Shown here one piece after another: positions 60,201-64,000 of a stretch of DNA of 64,000 nt; position 1 is the stretch's first letter; every line of letters begins with the position of its first letter. Origin of the DNA: Protoeuglena noctilucae. Taxonomy: Eukaryota. The notes under the pieces are model-generated. The model did no database searches. It was not told the origin of the DNA and saw only the letters and a program-made list of their open reading frames with translations. The DNA lies in assembly GCA_958009085.1 (NCBI GenBank), contig OY253668.1:1612001-1676000 (forward strand), written 5' to 3'. Made by a program: the position numbers and the translations under genes.

Positions 60201-63200
60201 TGGGCAAGACAGCGGACGCAGTGGTGTCGATGATGGACGCGGTCGTCGGCAGCGCACGCCAGTACAACTCACAGGCGAGAAATGGGGCCACTGTAGATGG
60301 ACCATGGTGCAGGGTCGGATGGACTGCACAGCACAGCACGCACCGTCTTCCACAGCATGATCCGACCGATCCCGCCCGCGCCACCCCCGCAGGTCACGTC
60401 GCAGGAGATCCTGGCATCGTTCCTGCCACGCCTGGCCCAAAAGCACCTGGACATGGGGTGCGCATCGTACCGAACAGGCGTGACGTGCCCTCACCCCAAG
60501 GAGCGGGGCGCCACCGTCACAGTTCCCGGCCGCCTCGTCGTGGTTCCCGCGGACGTTTACGGCATCGACACGTGGGCGCTGGTGGACGCCGGGGTCCTGT
60601 CCGCGCGGCAGGGCAAGGACGCGCGACGGGGCCGGATGTACGTCGTCGAGTGCTGGAGCGCCAACTGGCTCACGGGGGAAGTCAGTATGAACCCCGACCG
60701 CACAATCTACAAGATGGACCACCACTTGGCGCTGCTCACGGGCAAGACGGACGCGGACCTGGTCGGCAAGCGGCTGGACGACCTGTTTAGCCCACCCGAG
60801 GCGCTCGCACGTGCCGTGCCGGACCTCAAGGCCGGGGCGGAGCGCGTGGGGCTGCCGCTGGCGCATTTCGACAGCAGCGAGTGCGCGAGCAGCCTGTCGG
60901 TGCAGCAGGCTCACCGTGGCCGGCCGGGCCTGCACGCGCTCGTGCGCGGGGTGTTTGAGGAGGCCGACAAGCCCATGCACGCCCTGCGGCGCGTAGAGAT
61001 GCTCGCGCTGCTGAGCGACGAGATGATCAAGGCCGAGGAGGCGGCGATCGCGGCGGGGCAGAAGTCCCCCAGGAGCAGCACGGGCGCGGGGTCGGTGAGA
61101 GTGCGCGCGAGTGACGGGTACGCACGGTCTCACGCGGGATCGATCAAGGGCTCCGTGAAGGGCTCTGTTATGGGGTCGTTCAAGGGGTCAGTGATGGGTT
61201 CGGTCAAGGTCAGCGGCAGCGACGGGGCGCAGGCGCTCGGGGGTGCGGAGGGGCGGCCGGGACACAAGCGGCATCACAGCACTGACCGGAGCAGGGCCGG
61301 AAGCCGCGCGGGCAGTGTGGCGGGGCGCTCGGTGGGCAGCGGCGGCGGCGAGGAGGCGCCGTCCCGGGCGGCGAGCGTGGCGGGGCGCAATCGGCGGGAG
61401 TCACATGGCGGGGTGGCTGGGGACGCTGCGAGGGTGCGGCGCGGGTCGCACGCGGGCGTCCCGGCGACGACGTCCGCGGCCGTCGAGTCCCGCCCGCGCA
61501 CGCGGCGCGAGTCGCGCGGTGGCATGTCGACGGGGCATGGCGCGCGCGTGCCAGAGCCCAGTTTCGGGGGCAGCTCTGTGGGGAGCATCAGCCGCGACAA
61601 CAGCGGCCGGGACAGGGTCCATGGGCAGGGCGAAGCCAGCGAGCGAGGGCCGGGCAAGGAGCGCCGCCCGCACATCCCTTCCATTGAGCGAGGCTCCGGC
61701 AAAGAGCGCCGCCCTCCCGTGCCCCACCCGCGGCTGCCGGCCTCGAGCGTCGCCGCCAGCGACGACTCCGGGCCGCGTCCGGAGGTCCGCGGCGCGCAGC
61801 TGCGGGGTGCGCTGGAGCGGGTGGCGCAGTCCCGGGGAGCGCCGGACGAGCGTGGGGTGGAATCCGACGCGTCGCAGCACCGAGGACCCCATTCTAGCGG
61901 TCGCCTTCGGGTCGACTCGGACGCGAGCGGCATCTTCCCCGCCTCGCGCCAGAGCTCTGAGTCGGGAATGCAGCGGCCGTCCAACAGCACGGACTTCTTC
62001 AATCCCGAGTCCTCGCTGCGAGGGACGGCCCACCGGGGCGGCCCGCGGGAGCCCAAGCGCCGGGTCTTTGGGGCCGGGTTCCGGTCATTTCGACGATTGA
62101 CGAGGACAACGTCAGCCGCGCCAAGTGGCAGGGGCAGCTGCTGCCAGCGCCGGAGGTGCTGATGGCGTCGGGCGGGGAGGGTGTCACGTCAGGCGACAGC
62201 GCAGTGGTGACGAGCGGGGGCGGGGAGGCGGCGGGGCCTGCGGGCGAGGGTGGCGGGGAGGAGGAGCGGGAGCGGGCGCGGCTGATGCTCAAGGCAACGC
62301 TGTCGCAGCGCGGCATCCTGAAGCGCAAGGTGTCGTTCCGGGGTGGGAGGGGCTTCGGTCTGGAGGCGCCTTCGGAGGATGCGGGGGACGCGGACGGTGC
62401 ACACGCGGCGTGGTGGTCACGGGTGCGGGGCGGTGGCTCCGGGAGCGAGAACAGCGACGGGGCCGCGACGGAGGTGACGGCTGTGGCCGAGGAGGATGAC
62501 GAGGATGACGAGGATGAGGACTATTCGTCATCGGAGGGAGACGACGACGACGACGATGATTATGCGCGGAGCATCATGGGGGCTCGGTCGGACGTGGGGA
62601 CGCTCTTCACCCGGGGCCGCAAGAATGAGAGCCTGAGCGACAGGTCGGACAAGGGCGGGCGGGGCAAGCGCAAGGGCGCGGCGCTGGACACGCTGCGAGC
62701 CGAGCGCTACCAGCGCCTGCGCAAGCTGCTGGTGGCGGCCCAGATGGCGACGCTGGGCATGGCCCTGCGCCAGCGCACGAACATGATCGTGGCCGCGGCT
62801 TTGGCGGTGCAGGGCGCTGTCTTCGGGGCGCTCACTGCCGGGTGAGTGGGACGCGGGTGAAGACTGGGGCCACTGGCCAGGCACTGCCCAATGCATGGCC
62901 CAATGCACCACGGTGGGGTTCACGAGGGCACCCCTCAATGGCTCACCTCCGTACGCCTCTCAACCCCCGCAGTCTCATGATGGGCCGTGCCAAGTTCACG
63001 ACTGCCGCAGAGTCAGGGGCTGCGTCTGGGTACTCTGCCGCCATCGCTGCGGAGACGAATCGCATCACCACGTTCCACGAGCCCACCGGATGGGGCAAGG
63101 TGGGTGGCAGATGCGTGCTTCTATCATGCCGTGTCATCTGCATTCCCGAGGCAGGGTTAGACGCTGAGAAGGGTGTGGGAGGCAGCCAGACCTCGCTGGC

Positions 63201-64000
63201 GCATTGCTGCAGCGTTCGCGGGTGCGTTCCTGCACTGAACCACCGAACCCACGTCCGGGCTGTGTCCCATTTTCTTGCAGGTCCTTTACAGCACGGAGGT
63301 TCCGCGGTCGCTGCTGTCTGTGTACACGGCAGACCTGCAGACGTACGCTGCCGAGGCGCGGCAGCTGCGCCTGGGCGCGATGGCGCCTCCGTCGGACGCG
63401 GGGGACCTGGTGGCTGTCACGTACTACGACTACGCGGACCCGGACGTTGCGAGTGCCGTGAAGAGCGGCATCACGGCGCGGCAGCCCGTCTACTCGGCCA
63501 TCGACGCGCTGGTGCAGAGCGCGACGGTGGTGTTCGAGCCCCAGGCCACGGCTGCGTCTGAGGCCGTGGCAGGGACGGCCGTGGAGACCAATGCCTGGGG
63601 CGTGTGGGGCGGCATCAAGGCCGCCGCAGTGCGGGACCAGGACGCGGCCGCGGGGCTGCTCCGGGCGCTCACGCACGCGCTGCTCGTCGTGGCGCTCGTC
63701 GAGGGCCTCGTGCTGGCCCCCGCCTGTGCGGCCGCGCTCTGACTCACCGTCTCGCAGCTCAACCGGGCACGCTCGCGGCTGTTCCAGCTGTTCCTCTCCG
63801 TGCCCCGCGCCGTCGTCGCCGCCCTCGCGACGCGCGAGGTCGCCACCGCCGAGCGCGCCACGGTGGTTGAGTCCCCTGCGGATGCGGCCGACATCGAGGG
63901 GCTTCACCTCACGGCAGCGGAGCGCAAGGGCGCCGAGGAGGTCAACCGCAACAGCAAGGAGTACCTCGCGTCGCTCTCGCTGGGCGGGGGCGCCAAACGG
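54254..64000 (+). CDS. Tiny macrocysts protein B/C (tmcB-like) multi-TM, TPR-like, multi-PAS protein (runs off window end; two apparent reading-frame lesions)
   Basis: ALYGVMYTLLKE, FPFIWPIKLAR, several TM helices, MDLVTYVEFQNNF..A.RSH, FWRGLL, LRAHGRFVSEVANDPW, PAS domain DAVIVITETG..LEGVNVSALMPAPFSQQHNGYL, RAERYQRLRKLL, RLFQLFLSVP. Confidence 0.85.

Noticed and set aside
2001..60392. Introner-like repeated intron family explaining the GC donors
   Set aside because: The GC introns share no visible internal similarity or terminal repeats beyond the splice signals. An all-vs-all alignment would be needed to exclude this fully.
63740..63742. Selenocysteine or genome-wide stop reassignment
   Set aside because: The position looks like a Trp site beside a TM helix rather than a redox Cys. 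TAA, TAG and TGA all terminate other genes here, and any SECIS would lie outside the window.

Overview
Very GC-rich, gene-dense eukaryotic nuclear DNA with short introns. It is most likely from a flagellated green alga: it encodes plastid-type THF1, PrxQ and cystathionine gamma-synthase, a CBM20 starch-binding protein, and centriolar gamma-tubulin and C2CD3. The lineage cannot be fixed from this window. I manually traced about 18 spliced protein-coding genes: RPC3 (partial), CGS, PrxQ, THF1, WRAP53/TCAB1, a CBM20 protein, SAC9-like, a small plastid Cys protein, ESF2, NAA40, gamma-tubulin, C2CD3-like, a small membrane protein, WDR20-like, PAS1-like FKBP, GGT, a large secreted EF-hand protein and a tmcB-like PAS protein (partial). 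I saw no RNA genes, transposons or CRISPR arrays. The most unusual signals are four: (i) about 19 GC-AG introns, roughly 15% of those traced; (ii) an apparent GG-AG intron needed to build a perfect EF-hand; (iii) a secreted low-complexity EF-hand protein with repeated RxL(Q)/KSDP motifs that resembles a processed polyprotein; (iv) an in-frame TGA plus an apparent frameshift in the tmcB-like gene. All gene models are manual inferences, and family calls rest on remembered motifs, not database searches.
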